A stretch of DNA of 64,000 nt, taken from assembly GCA_947371275.1 (NCBI GenBank), contig CANBOV010000003.1:2027-66026 (forward strand), given 5' to 3'. Of this stretch, positions 32,483 through 43,113 are shown one piece after another. Every line of letters begins with the position of its first letter. The first letter of the stretch is position 1. Under the pieces are notes generated by a model. It made no database searches. It was not told the origin of the DNA and worked only from the letters and a program-made list of their open reading frames with translations. The position numbers and the translations under genes are program-made. This DNA comes from Flavobacteriaceae bacterium. Its GTDB lineage: Bacteria; Bacteroidota; Bacteroidia; Flavobacteriales; Flavobacteriaceae.

Positions 32483-33139
32483 ATGAAATTTTTTATTGAC
32501 ACAGCCAATTTAAACGAAATCAAAGAAGCGCAAAGCTTAGGCGTTTTAGACGGGGTAACTACCAATCCGTCCCTTATGGCTAAAGAAGGAATCACAGGGA
32601 AAAACAACATCCTAAAACACTATGTTGACATTTGCAACATCGTAGATGGCGATGTAAGTGCCGAAGTAATTGCAACCGATTATGATGGTATGATCAGAGA
32701 AGGAGAAGAGTTGGCCGACTTACACCAACAAATCGTAGTGAAATTACCGATGACCAAAGAGGGTGTTAGAGCTTGTAAATACTTCTCAGACAAAGGAATT
32801 AAAACAAATGTTACCTTGGTGTTCTCTGCCGGTCAAGCGTTGTTAGCTGCCAAAGCAGGTGCAACCTATGTGTCGCCATTCTTAGGACGTTTAGACGATA
32901 TCTCAACCGATGGTTTGGCTTTGATCCAAGAAATTCGCGATATCTATGATAATTACGCCTTCGAAACAGAAATATTAGCGGCTTCCATTCGTCACACCAT
33001 GCACGTAGTAAACTGTGCTAAAATTGGAGCCGATGTGATGACGGGTCCGTTATCATCAATTTTAGGTTTGTTAAAACACCCATTAACCGATATCGGTTTG
33101 GCACAGTTCTTAGCAGATTATGCCAAAGGAAATCAATAA
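32483..33139 (+). CDS. fsa: Fructose-6-phosphate aldolase / transaldolase family
   Basis: [38 protein letters not shown]; TAACTTTG promoter at about 32430. Confidence 0.93.
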   Translation: MKFFIDTANLNEIKEAQSLGVLDGVTTNPSLMAKEGITGKNNILKHYVDICNIVDGDVSAEVIATDYDGMIREGEELADLHQQIVVKLPMTKEGVRACKYFSDKGIKTNVTLVFSAGQALLAAKAGATYVSPFLGRLDDISTDGLALIQEIRDIYDNYAFETEILAASIRHTMHVVNCAKIGADVMTGPLSSILGLLKHPLTDIGLAQFLADYAKGNQ

Positions 33140-33149
33140 TTCTGCTTAG

Positions 33150-33195
33150 TATAACGCAAAAAGGGCTTTCATGTGAAAGCCCTTTTTGCGTTATA
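33150..33195. terminator. Bidirectional terminator, perfect 22-bp inverted repeat
   Basis: tataacgcaaaaagggctttca tg tgaaagccctttttgcgttata. Confidence 0.9.
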
Positions 33196-33212
33196 GTTTT
33201 ATGATCGCCCTG

Positions 33213-34622
33213 CTATTTAAGTTCGTCCAAAAAGTTTAATTCGAATATATTCGTAAAAGCATTAGAAATAAGGCCTTTATCGCCCAGCACTATAGTGCGA
33301 TGTATTTTGGTAATCACCCACTTGGCTTTTAAATCTTCAAAATCAGCACAACGGTATTCTTCAATACCATTAAAAGTATACTCATACAGTAACTTTTGCC
33401 ATACATCCACTTGGTCATTCAAATTAACCCCGATGAATTGGTATTCAGGATGCTTAATATGAAAGGCCATCACTTTTTTATGTACGGCTTCAAAATGTGA
33501 TAAGGCATGCTCAGTCCAAAAGAATAGCACTGTTTTTTTATTAGCAAATGCATTGGAAGATATCGTATCGCCTTTCGTATTAATTAGCGATACTTCTGGT
33601 AATTTATTTCCCGTTTTTAGCAACTGTATGGCATCACCAATTTTAGTAATTTCGTTTTTCTGACTTCTATCAGTTGAATATTTGTGATACGTTTGAAGAA
33701 ATGTCTTGTTGTTGACCATGTTTTGATCTTCCAGCAAATAAGTAAACGCGATATTGTTTAGAATGGTATTTTTAACTTTCTCATTCTTGATTAAGGTATC
33801 AGCAATATTCAGTTTATTAATGTTGGTTTTCAACGATAAATCGACTACCGAGAAATGATTATGGTAATTAATGGTACCCATGTTGTTTAGCATATTGGAC
33901 AAATACATGACAAAAGGGGAATAGTTGGAAAGGGCCACATTATTGCAATCCACATTTTTTCGGAAGGCATAAAAATCTTTGGGTATGTTTTCATAAACAT
34001 CATTTCCCGTGCGAAGCTTATGAATCATAGGATACAACTCTTTACGAGAGTAGTAGGGAAAATCTAAGGCTGCTTTGGCATAAGTGTCAAATTGATCACT
34101 CCATTTAATTTCTTCCTTCTTATCTTCATAAAACTTTTGGGATTGTTTATAAGAAGCATCATTGGTATGGCTAAACTTGGCAATGTCCATATCAAAAGAT
34201 TCAAATAAATCATTTTTATCCTTCTCGTTTCTTAGGTATTGTTCCATAAGGAAATTGTTCTTTTGATCGCCCCGACCACAAAAAACGACCGAACCATCAA
34301 AATCTTTTGAATTGAGACGAACCATGATGCTGTCATTTTTATCAAAATAAACATATTGGTATTCTGGTTCGTGCTTAAAACTATATAAACCTGGCGCTAA
34401 GGAATCAAACTGCATGAAGAAACGATTGTTTTTGTCTAATTTCAACGTATCAATCACCTCGTTGTCTTTGCAAAACAGCACATAAGGATTGTTAGGATTC
34501 ACAACTTCTCCTCCAAAATAAGCCACGTAGTCATTGGATTTAAATTCGTTTTTACACGAACAAAACAAGGCTAGTAGTGGAGCTAGGAAACAAAAAATTC
34601 GTAAATGATTACCTTTGTGCAT
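33213..34622 (-). CDS. Lipoprotein with a C-terminal thioredoxin-like (TlpA-type) fold lacking CxxC
   Basis: Lipobox-like FCSC; GNKLPEVSL...VLFFWTEHALSH where WCxxC would be. Confidence 0.7.
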   Translation of the reverse strand: MHKGNHLRIFCFLAPLLALFCSCKNEFKSNDYVAYFGGEVVNPNNPYVLFCKDNEVIDTLKLDKNNRFFMQFDSLAPGLYSFKHEPEYQYVYFDKNDSIMVRLNSKDFDGSVVFCGRGDQKNNFLMEQYLRNEKDKNDLFESFDMDIAKFSHTNDASYKQSQKFYEDKKEEIKWSDQFDTYAKAALDFPYYSRKELYPMIHKLRTGNDVYENIPKDFYAFRKNVDCNNVALSNYSPFVMYLSNMLNNMGTINYHNHFSVVDLSLKTNINKLNIADTLIKNEKVKNTILNNIAFTYLLEDQNMVNNKTFLQTYHKYSTDRSQKNEITKIGDAIQLLKTGNKLPEVSLINTKGDTISSNAFANKKTVLFFWTEHALSHFEAVHKKVMAFHIKHPEYQFIGVNLNDQVDVWQKLLYEYTFNGIEEYRCADFEDLKAKWVITKIHRTIVLGDKGLISNAFTNIFELNFLDELK

Positions 34623-34688
34623 GTAAATGAGACTAGTTAACAAAAATATTCACACCATTTGGAATATACTGTTAAGCTATCGTTAAAG

Positions 34689-34883
34689 TTAACCCCCTCC
34701 AAATTTCAAGATGCCTACACAGGATCCAAATCCTATGATAATAGCAATGGTGGAATAGATAAGTAATTTTAATCCAAACGCCTTATCTTCATTTTTTTGA
34801 AAGAGTACTTTGAATAAACCAATAATAAAGGTTAAAAAGCTTATTACTATGGAAATTGCTAATATAATAACGATGAAATCCAT
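34689..34883 (-). CDS. Small two-TM peptide with a C-terminal lipobox-like motif (IGFGSC); candidate lipopeptide precursor
   Basis: 64 aa; paralogous to 34887-35072; last gene of the lgt-like/radical SAM operon. Confidence 0.75.
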   Translation of the reverse strand: MDFIVIILAISIVISFLTFIIGLFKVLFQKNEDKAFGLKLLIYSTIAIIIGFGSCVGILKFGGG

Positions 34884-34886
34884 TAA

Positions 34887-35072
34887 TTAGCTATTAAATA
34901 CTATTGCAACACAGGTTCCAAAACCAATGACAAAAACAATCCCTGAGGCAATTAATAATTTCAACCCTAATTTCTTTTTAGATTCAAAGAAAAGCATGAC
35001 AAAACCAATTAAAAAGGCCAAAATACTTAATCCAAAAAGTGTCATACAAAGTATACCTACGAAATCTTTCAT
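34887..35072 (-). CDS. Small two-TM peptide with a C-terminal lipobox-like motif (IGFGTC); candidate lipopeptide precursor
   Basis: 61 aa; shares GLKLLIxSxIxxxIGFG[ST]CV with its neighbour; starts 12 nt after the radical SAM stop. Confidence 0.75.
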   Translation of the reverse strand: MKDFVGILCMTLFGLSILAFLIGFVMLFFESKKKLGLKLLIASGIVFVIGFGTCVAIVFNS

Positions 35073-35084
35073 TAGCGTGCGTTT

Positions 35085-36485
35085 TTAATTTTTAATAGGA
35101 TCTATTTGTTTCCGAAGGGATTCGATAACACCTGGGTCTCGGTAAAACAAATTCATGGTTTCAAACGGAACAATCTTTCCTCTCTTATCCACTATATGGA
35201 CACATGATTTCTTCACCGCTCTAACATCAAAATCGTGGGCATCCATAAAATTCATGATAATAATACGAAACAAATTCTCATAATGCAAATTGTCCGACTG
35301 TACCCTAGGCAAGCAGCATAGCAGTTCACCAAAGGTGTCCTCTGCACAATCTACCGAAATTCCTGTGCTGAATAAGGTCAGCATGTGGTTTTTTAATTTC
35401 TCATCGTTTTCAAAAACAATAGTGTTTTTTGAATTATTCAATAAGTCTTCGGGGTTAATTAAATGGGTCATGGGCAACAATTCCCCCTCAATTTTCAAGG
35501 CATAAGCCATGCACAAAGCATCGGGATTGCAAGGAACCGGAATCAAATCTTGAGGCGTAAATACAGGGTATTGCTCATAGATTTTGCGACGCACCTCAGT
35601 CAAGGTGATTCTTCCTTGTTTGTCGCTATAATTGTCATTGCGCCCGGCCACTTGGGTAGGTTGGAACGTGACGCCACGCACGCATTTTTGTTGGACAGCA
35701 TATTCCAATATCTTTCCTATTTCATCATCGTTTTCGCCCTTTTGCAAAGTGATGACTAGGGTAGTAGAGAGGTTGAACTGATTTAAATGGGCTATCGCCT
35801 TTTTACGCACTTCGGTCAAATCTTCTCCTCGCAGTTTCTCCAATACTTCCGATTTGAAACTGTCAAACTGCAGGTAGATTTCAAAGTCGGGCATATAGCT
35901 GGCAAGTCGCTCCACAAAGGCTACATCTTTGGCAATCCGAATCCCATTAGTGTTCAGCATCAAATGACGTATGGGTTTGCTCTTAGCGATATCCAGTATC
36001 TCAAAAAACTGCGGATGTACAGTAGGCTCACCACCCGAAATCTGCACCACATCGGGTTCGCCTTCATTAGCCACGATAATGTCAAACATTCTTTCTATTT
36101 CCTCCAAGGTACGGTGTCGGCCATAATTGGGCCCCGAACTGGCATAACAAGTTGGGCAGGCCAAATTACAACGGTCGGTTACTTCTACGATAGATAAACA
36201 CGAATGTTGTTCGTGATCCGTGCATAAGCCGCAATCATACGGACAGCCATAATGGACTTTGGTATTGAACTTCAAAGGCACTTCTGATTGCTTGTTATAA
36301 TTGCGTATTTGGCGGTAGTATTCTACATCATCGGCGATCATAACTTTGGTATCGCCATGGGTTTTGCAGTGTTTTAGCATCCAAACCTTATCGTCTTGAA
36401 AGACAATCTTGGCATCTATGGTATGCAAACATTCGGGGCAAAGGCTTTTGGTGTAATCGTAATAAATATAATCTCTATTAGGCAT
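35085..36485 (-). CDS. Radical SAM enzyme, Tes/GDGT-MAS (MJ0619)-like family
   Basis: SLCPEC...HCKTHG rubredoxin-like site, CPYDCGLCTDH auxiliary motif, CNLACPTC SAM cluster, SGGEPT, MLNTNG, YLQFD, MDAHDFDV. Confidence 0.88.
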   Translation of the reverse strand: MPNRDYIYYDYTKSLCPECLHTIDAKIVFQDDKVWMLKHCKTHGDTKVMIADDVEYYRQIRNYNKQSEVPLKFNTKVHYGCPYDCGLCTDHEQHSCLSIVEVTDRCNLACPTCYASSGPNYGRHRTLEEIERMFDIIVANEGEPDVVQISGGEPTVHPQFFEILDIAKSKPIRHLMLNTNGIRIAKDVAFVERLASYMPDFEIYLQFDSFKSEVLEKLRGEDLTEVRKKAIAHLNQFNLSTTLVITLQKGENDDEIGKILEYAVQQKCVRGVTFQPTQVAGRNDNYSDKQGRITLTEVRRKIYEQYPVFTPQDLIPVPCNPDALCMAYALKIEGELLPMTHLINPEDLLNNSKNTIVFENDEKLKNHMLTLFSTGISVDCAEDTFGELLCCLPRVQSDNLHYENLFRIIIMNFMDAHDFDVRAVKKSCVHIVDKRGKIVPFETMNLFYRDPGVIESLRKQIDPIKN

Positions 36486-37212
36486 ATCGAATAACTCTTA
36501 AAATAAATTTATAATAGTAAGCAAACATAAACAGTGCACTCCAATGCATACTGCTTAGGTTTAAAAATAAAGGATGATAGGGCTTTATGAATTCAACTAG
36601 AAAACGGTACATAAAATACAATACCATAAACAATTTGAATCGGTCACCCCTAATCATGGTTTTATTTTTTAAGGCAGAAAACAATAACAATAATAATATC
36701 ATAAAGCCCATTTCATAAAGAGCTATTGGATGCCGCAATTTACCATCACCAAGGTTCATTCCCAAAACACTGGTAGTTTCTATTCCATAGGTAGGCTCGG
36801 CAACCCCCATACTAAAACAACCCATTCTTCCAATGAAGAGCGCCACTATAATGGGAACTACATAAATATCCCCCGAAGCCGTTTTTTCTCCAATCAATTT
36901 CTTAACGAGTTCCACACCAAACAAACCGCCAATAAAACCTCCTGCCACGGTTTTGTTTTGATAAATCATGAGCCACGTTTGTTCCGTAATCGCAGTGGGG
37001 TCTTCCAATAAGGCCAGTAAGCGCGAGCCAACTAAAGCTCCTAGCATAGCACCAAATAGAATCCAAAGTCTATTAAGATCAGTAATAGGGTCTTCAATCC
37101 CCTTTTTTAAATGGTAATACAAACGTACACCAACGATAAAGGCCAAGGTTTCAAAAATGAAATGCAAGTACAGTGTATCACCTAATATAGAAATCTGAAA
37201 CGGAAAGGACAT
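36478..37212 (-). CDS. Prolipoprotein diacylglyceryl transferase (Lgt) paralogue
   Basis: IGRMGCF, TYG, RHPIALYE, YRFLVEF motifs; multi-TM; overlaps the radical SAM start by 8 nt. Confidence 0.85.
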   Translation of the reverse strand: MSFPFQISILGDTLYLHFIFETLAFIVGVRLYYHLKKGIEDPITDLNRLWILFGAMLGALVGSRLLALLEDPTAITEQTWLMIYQNKTVAGGFIGGLFGVELVKKLIGEKTASGDIYVVPIIVALFIGRMGCFSMGVAEPTYGIETTSVLGMNLGDGKLRHPIALYEMGFMILLLLLFSALKNKTMIRGDRFKLFMVLYFMYRFLVEFIKPYHPLFLNLSSMHWSALFMFAYYYKFILRVIRYA

Positions 37213-37306
37213 CGTTTGGCTTATGAAATTTTAGCTAATATAGCTTTTTAAATAAAGGCTTAAAAAATAAATTTATAGTAATTTTGGCGTTACCTATTTT
37301 ACGTTT

Positions 37307-38077
37307 ATGAAAAGAATCCGATTTATCGTTATACTCCTTTTAATGGTCAATGCAAGTCGGTCCCAAAGACCCTCTGGTGTACCCGAAGTGAATCCAACAA
37401 CTTTGCAAAAGAACTTTCAGAATTGGTTTAAGTATCAAACTACAAACATCATGCTGTCAACAAATTTCGATGGAGTAGATATGAAAGGAAAACCCTTAAG
37501 CAAAGACCAGTTTTTTCAAAAATTAAATTCGGGTTTATTTATTCCAATTCGCCTGAAACCCATCGATAAATTGGTCTACAAATTATACAAAATAGCGCCC
37601 AAAGCCGACAGCAGTATCAAAGCGACAATAATGCAATTGGCTTTCGATGAATACGAACATTTCAAAATGGAAGGGAAGCCCTTTCCGAAATTTGATTTCA
37701 CTGATTTAAACGGAAACGTTATTTCCAACGAAACCATGAAAGGCAAGTTCATCATCATCAAATGTTGGTACATCCATTGTACAGCCTGCATTGAAGAGTT
37801 TCCCGCTGTAAATCAATTGGCAGCCAAATACAAAGAGCGAACCGATATGCAATTTCTAAGCCTGGCCGAGGATACGCCGGCCCAACTTACCGCCTTCTTA
37901 GCCAAAAAACCTTTGTCCTATGCTGTCGTACCCAACATGAAAACCTATATGAATCAAGCCCTACATCTAAATGGTTTTCCAACCCATTTTATTCTAGATA
38001 AGGAAGGCAAGATGCTCAAAATAGTATCGGATTATGAGAGTTTAAATACAGCATTAGAAACGTTGCTAAAAGACTAG
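37307..38077 (+). CDS. TlpA-like thiol-disulfide redoxin
   Basis: Signal peptide; PKFDFTDLNG, WYIHCTAC CxxC, FPTHFILDKEG. Confidence 0.85.
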   Translation: MKRIRFIVILLLMVNASRSQRPSGVPEVNPTTLQKNFQNWFKYQTTNIMLSTNFDGVDMKGKPLSKDQFFQKLNSGLFIPIRLKPIDKLVYKLYKIAPKADSSIKATIMQLAFDEYEHFKMEGKPFPKFDFTDLNGNVISNETMKGKFIIIKCWYIHCTACIEEFPAVNQLAAKYKERTDMQFLSLAEDTPAQLTAFLAKKPLSYAVVPNMKTYMNQALHLNGFPTHFILDKEGKMLKIVSDYESLNTALETLLKD

Positions 38078-38161
38078 CGTTCGGTTATAAAAAAACTCGG
38101 GCCGAGTGCGTGAACACTGAACACTATTCACTACTTTTGCACAAATTTTAATAAAATATAG

Positions 38162-39784
<1,623 letters not shown>

Positions 39785-39824
39785 AAGTAGATGCAGTAAT
39801 TCCTGTTTTTACTATTCTAAATTT

Positions 39825-39853
39825 AAAAAGCTCGCAAAATGCGAGCTTTTTTT
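39825..39853. terminator. Bidirectional intrinsic terminator
   Basis: aaaaagctcgca aaa tgcgagcttttt. Confidence 0.88.
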
Positions 39854-39870
39854 GTGAGTAAGGATGCTAC

Positions 39871-41265
39871 CTATTTTTTAATAAGCTTAAGCGTTTGTGT
39901 TTTGTCCGTAGTGGTTATTTTTAATACATAAGTTCCTTGGTCAAAAGACGATAAATCAAGGTTATAAATAGTTGACAATGCAGTCGCTGAATGCACAAGC
40001 CTTCCTTGAATGTCATACAAGTCTAATTTAGCATTCATAAGAGCATCATCAGCCAACTGTACCATGCCACTGCTTGGATTAGGATAGGCTTTAACATCAG
40101 TAGTTGTAATACTATTGCTATCGGTCGATAATAGCAAAGCACAGTCAATTAACACCGGGAAGGGTTCTTTATCTGTTAAATGATCACCCAACATGCCGCT
40201 AATATCAAATCCCCAAGCCCAAAGCCCTGTACTGGTAATCCCAAACGAACTGTGCGACCCTGTGCCAACACTTATCCAATCAGTATTTGTACCTATTTGA
40301 ATCGGACTCAATACGCTATTAGTAGCAGTAGCATCGATCACCCCATTACCTATTTGACCATCGAGGTTAAGACCCCAACTCCATAAGGTTCCATTGGATT
40401 TAATAGCTAAATTATGATCTATGCCAACCGCAATTTTGACCCAATCCGAATCAGTTCCTATTTGGGTAAACAATATAGCGTCACTATAGTCACCGGTTCC
40501 CAGTTGTCCCACAAAGTTGGCTCCACAACTCCACATGGTCCCGTTGCTTTTTATAGCCACGGAATGGGCATTTCCGGCAGCAATTTCTACCCAGTTGGTG
40601 TCGGTGCCTACTTGTGTTGGGTTTAATAAATCGTCTACACCTCCATCGCCTAGGCCTCCTCCACCAAGATTTGAGCCCCATACCCATAAGGTTCCATTAG
40701 TCTTAATGGCCAACGTTTGATAGTAGCCAGCGTAAACTTTTGCCCAATCATTTGAAGTACCAATCTGAGTAGGGGTAAGTTTAGTAATAGTAGTACCATC
40801 GCCTAAGGCACTATTGTCGCCAAACCCCCAAGTCCATAAGGTGCCATCAGTTTTAATCCCGATAGAATGTTGCCGTCCTGTAGTTATTTGAGCCCAATTA
40901 GTTTCGGTACCTATTTGTGTTGGGATCGTTACATCACTCCCAGAAGTACCCGTTCCTAATTGGCCAACACTATTATCACCCCACGACCATAGCGTTCCAT
41001 CACTTTTAATACCCAAAACATGGTAATCGCCAACCGTAAATTTTGACCAAGTATCAGTACCGATCTGTACCGCATAATTCCGGGAACTGGTGGTTCCGTC
41101 TCCCAATTCATGATTGGCATTAACGCCCCAGGACCATAAGGTATTGTCTTCTTGTAAGCCAACGGTAAAAACACGTCCCGCTCTTATTTCTTTATAACAA
41201 GATTGTGAGTGTACAACAAGTACTAAGAAATGTGCCATTAAAATATATAAGTACCCTTTTTTCAT
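39871..41265 (-). CDS. RCC1/BLIP-II repeat beta-propeller protein with a T9SS C-terminal sorting domain
   Basis: About seven repeats of H.L.IK.DGTLW.WG.N..GQLG; CTD YPNP...GTYVLKI...KLIKK. Confidence 0.9.
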   Translation of the reverse strand: MKKGYLYILMAHFLVLVVHSQSCYKEIRAGRVFTVGLQEDNTLWSWGVNANHELGDGTTSSRNYAVQIGTDTWSKFTVGDYHVLGIKSDGTLWSWGDNSVGQLGTGTSGSDVTIPTQIGTETNWAQITTGRQHSIGIKTDGTLWTWGFGDNSALGDGTTITKLTPTQIGTSNDWAKVYAGYYQTLAIKTNGTLWVWGSNLGGGGLGDGGVDDLLNPTQVGTDTNWVEIAAGNAHSVAIKSNGTMWSCGANFVGQLGTGDYSDAILFTQIGTDSDWVKIAVGIDHNLAIKSNGTLWSWGLNLDGQIGNGVIDATATNSVLSPIQIGTNTDWISVGTGSHSSFGITSTGLWAWGFDISGMLGDHLTDKEPFPVLIDCALLLSTDSNSITTTDVKAYPNPSSGMVQLADDALMNAKLDLYDIQGRLVHSATALSTIYNLDLSSFDQGTYVLKITTTDKTQTLKLIKK

Positions 41266-41585
41266 AAGTATTGGATTATAATGTGTTAGTTGTTAAATAT
41301 ATACTTTTTATTTTATTTGACAGAATTTTTTTCCAAAAGTAATTCATTTCGGAAAGGACCTATGCAAATGAAGACCAATCCTGTATTATTTTAAATAATA
41401 AGACCAAACCTTCAATTGAGATAAAAGGGTTTACATACGGTTATGGCGTCTCACTTAAGAAGAATAGGTCTTGCATGATAATGCAGTGCTAGCGGAACGA
41501 TAGTGCAATTTTAAAATCTAAATTCTACTCACTAGTTGACTCGCTCAATAAAAAATACTACTTTTACAACCCAAACAACACTATC

Positions 41586-42119
41586 ATGAGTCAAAAAGTA
41601 TTGCTCACTTCCAAAGAAGTCAATATCATACTCCATCGTTTGGCTTGTCAGTTAATCGAAAAACACCTTGATTTTTCCAATACCGTTTTAATAGGACTAC
41701 AACCACGAGGTATTTATTTAGCCAAAAGAATTAAAGCGCTGCTTGAACAAGAATACCAAATCAAAAAGGTACCCCTCGGATTTCTAGACATTACCTTTTT
41801 TAGAGATGATTTCCGTAGAGGCGAAAAACAATTGGAAGCCAACAAAACCCAAATCGATTTCCTAGTAGAAGATCAAAAAGTCATTTTTATTGACGACGTT
41901 TTATATACCGGCAGAAGCATCAATGCCGCCCTTACCGCTATTCAGTCTTTTGGACGTCCGTCCGAAATTGAACTCTTAGTGCTTATCGATAGAAGGTTCA
42001 GCCGACACTTGCCTATCCAACCTGATTATAGAGGCCGGCAAGTAGATGCCATTGAAGATGAAAAGGTAAAAGTTAGCTGGTATGAGAAGGATGGTGAAGA
42101 TGCCGTATATTTAATTTAA
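41586..42119 (+). CDS. pyrR: Bifunctional pyr regulator / uracil phosphoribosyltransferase
   Basis: LDITFFRDD, IDDVLYTGRS, LIDR...LPIQPDY. Confidence 0.93.
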   Translation: MSQKVLLTSKEVNIILHRLACQLIEKHLDFSNTVLIGLQPRGIYLAKRIKALLEQEYQIKKVPLGFLDITFFRDDFRRGEKQLEANKTQIDFLVEDQKVIFIDDVLYTGRSINAALTAIQSFGRPSEIELLVLIDRRFSRHLPIQPDYRGRQVDAIEDEKVKVSWYEKDGEDAVYLI

Positions 42120-42151
42120 GTCAAACAACCAACATACAACAACACCCAAAA

Positions 42152-43081
42152 ATGTCCGAACTATCAGTCAACCATTTATTAGGTATTAAATACCTCCAAA
42201 AAGGAGATATAGATTTGATTTTTGAAACGGCAGACCACTTTAAAGAAGTCATCAATCGCCCCATCAAAAAAGTACCTTCCTTGCGGGATATTACTATTGC
42301 CAATATCTTTTTTGAAAACAGTACGCGAACAAAACTTTCCTTCGAATTAGCCCAAAAAAGACTCTCTGCCGATGTAATCAGTTTCTCTGCCGCTCAGTCA
42401 TCCGTAAAAAAAGGGGAAACGCTAATTGATACAGTAAATAATATCCTTGCCATGAAGGTAGACATGGTGGTCATGCGTCATGCCAATCCAGGTGCCGCTT
42501 ATTTCCTCTCCCAAAATGTAAAAGCCAGTATCATTAATGCCGGTGATGGGGCACACGAACATCCAACGCAAGCACTACTAGATAGCTTTTCGATCAGAGA
42601 ACGACTTGGAGAAGTAGGTGGTAAGAAAGTAGTCATAGTGGGTGATGTACTGCATTCTAGAGTAGCATTGTCTAATATCTATGCCCTGCAAATGCAAGGA
42701 GCCGAAGTCAAAGTGTGTGGCCCAAAAACTTTAATACCAAAATACATTGAAAGTTTAGGGGTCAGCGTCGAGCCTAATTTGCGAAAAGCGCTCGAATGGT
42801 GCGACGTGGCCAATATGCTGCGGGTGCAAAACGAACGTATGGATGTGAATTATTTTCCTTCCACTAGAGAATATGCCCAACAATACGGAGTGGATAAAGC
42901 CTTACTAGATTCCTTGAATAAAGAAATCATCATCATGCACCCCGGACCAATAAATAGGGGAGTCGAAATCACTTCCGATGTGGCTGATTCCAAACAATCG
43001 GTTATCCTAGACCAAGTAGAGAATGGGGTAGCCATCCGAATGGCCGTCATTTATCTATTAGCTTCCAAAATACAACAATAA
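42152..43081 (+). CDS. pyrB: Aspartate carbamoyltransferase catalytic subunit
   Basis: FFENSTRT, SSVKKGE, HEHPTQALLD, HPGPINRG. Confidence 0.97.
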   Translation: MSELSVNHLLGIKYLQKGDIDLIFETADHFKEVINRPIKKVPSLRDITIANIFFENSTRTKLSFELAQKRLSADVISFSAAQSSVKKGETLIDTVNNILAMKVDMVVMRHANPGAAYFLSQNVKASIINAGDGAHEHPTQALLDSFSIRERLGEVGGKKVVIVGDVLHSRVALSNIYALQMQGAEVKVCGPKTLIPKYIESLGVSVEPNLRKALEWCDVANMLRVQNERMDVNYFPSTREYAQQYGVDKALLDSLNKEIIIMHPGPINRGVEITSDVADSKQSVILDQVENGVAIRMAVIYLLASKIQQ

Positions 43082-43110
43082 AAAAAGCCCCAACTTGTGT
43101 TGGGGCTTTT
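43081..43110. terminator. Bidirectional intrinsic terminator
   Basis: aaaagccccaac ttgt gttggggctttt. Confidence 0.88.
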
Positions 43111-43113
43111 CTT

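Noticed and set aside
33150-33195. 22-bp perfect inverted repeat as a MITE or IS end
   Set aside because: Sits between convergent genes with A/T tracts in both arms; explained as a bidirectional terminator; no target duplication or transposase
37307-38077. TlpA-like redoxin as part of the lgt/radical SAM system
   Set aside because: Divergently transcribed and from a family common in these genomes; linkage cannot be supported without comparative data
41266-41585. PyrR-binding attenuator or structured RNA upstream of pyrR-pyrB
   Set aside because: No AGUCCAGAGAGG-like binding loop or terminator seen; only a short GACCTAT/ATAGGTC pair, which is insufficient
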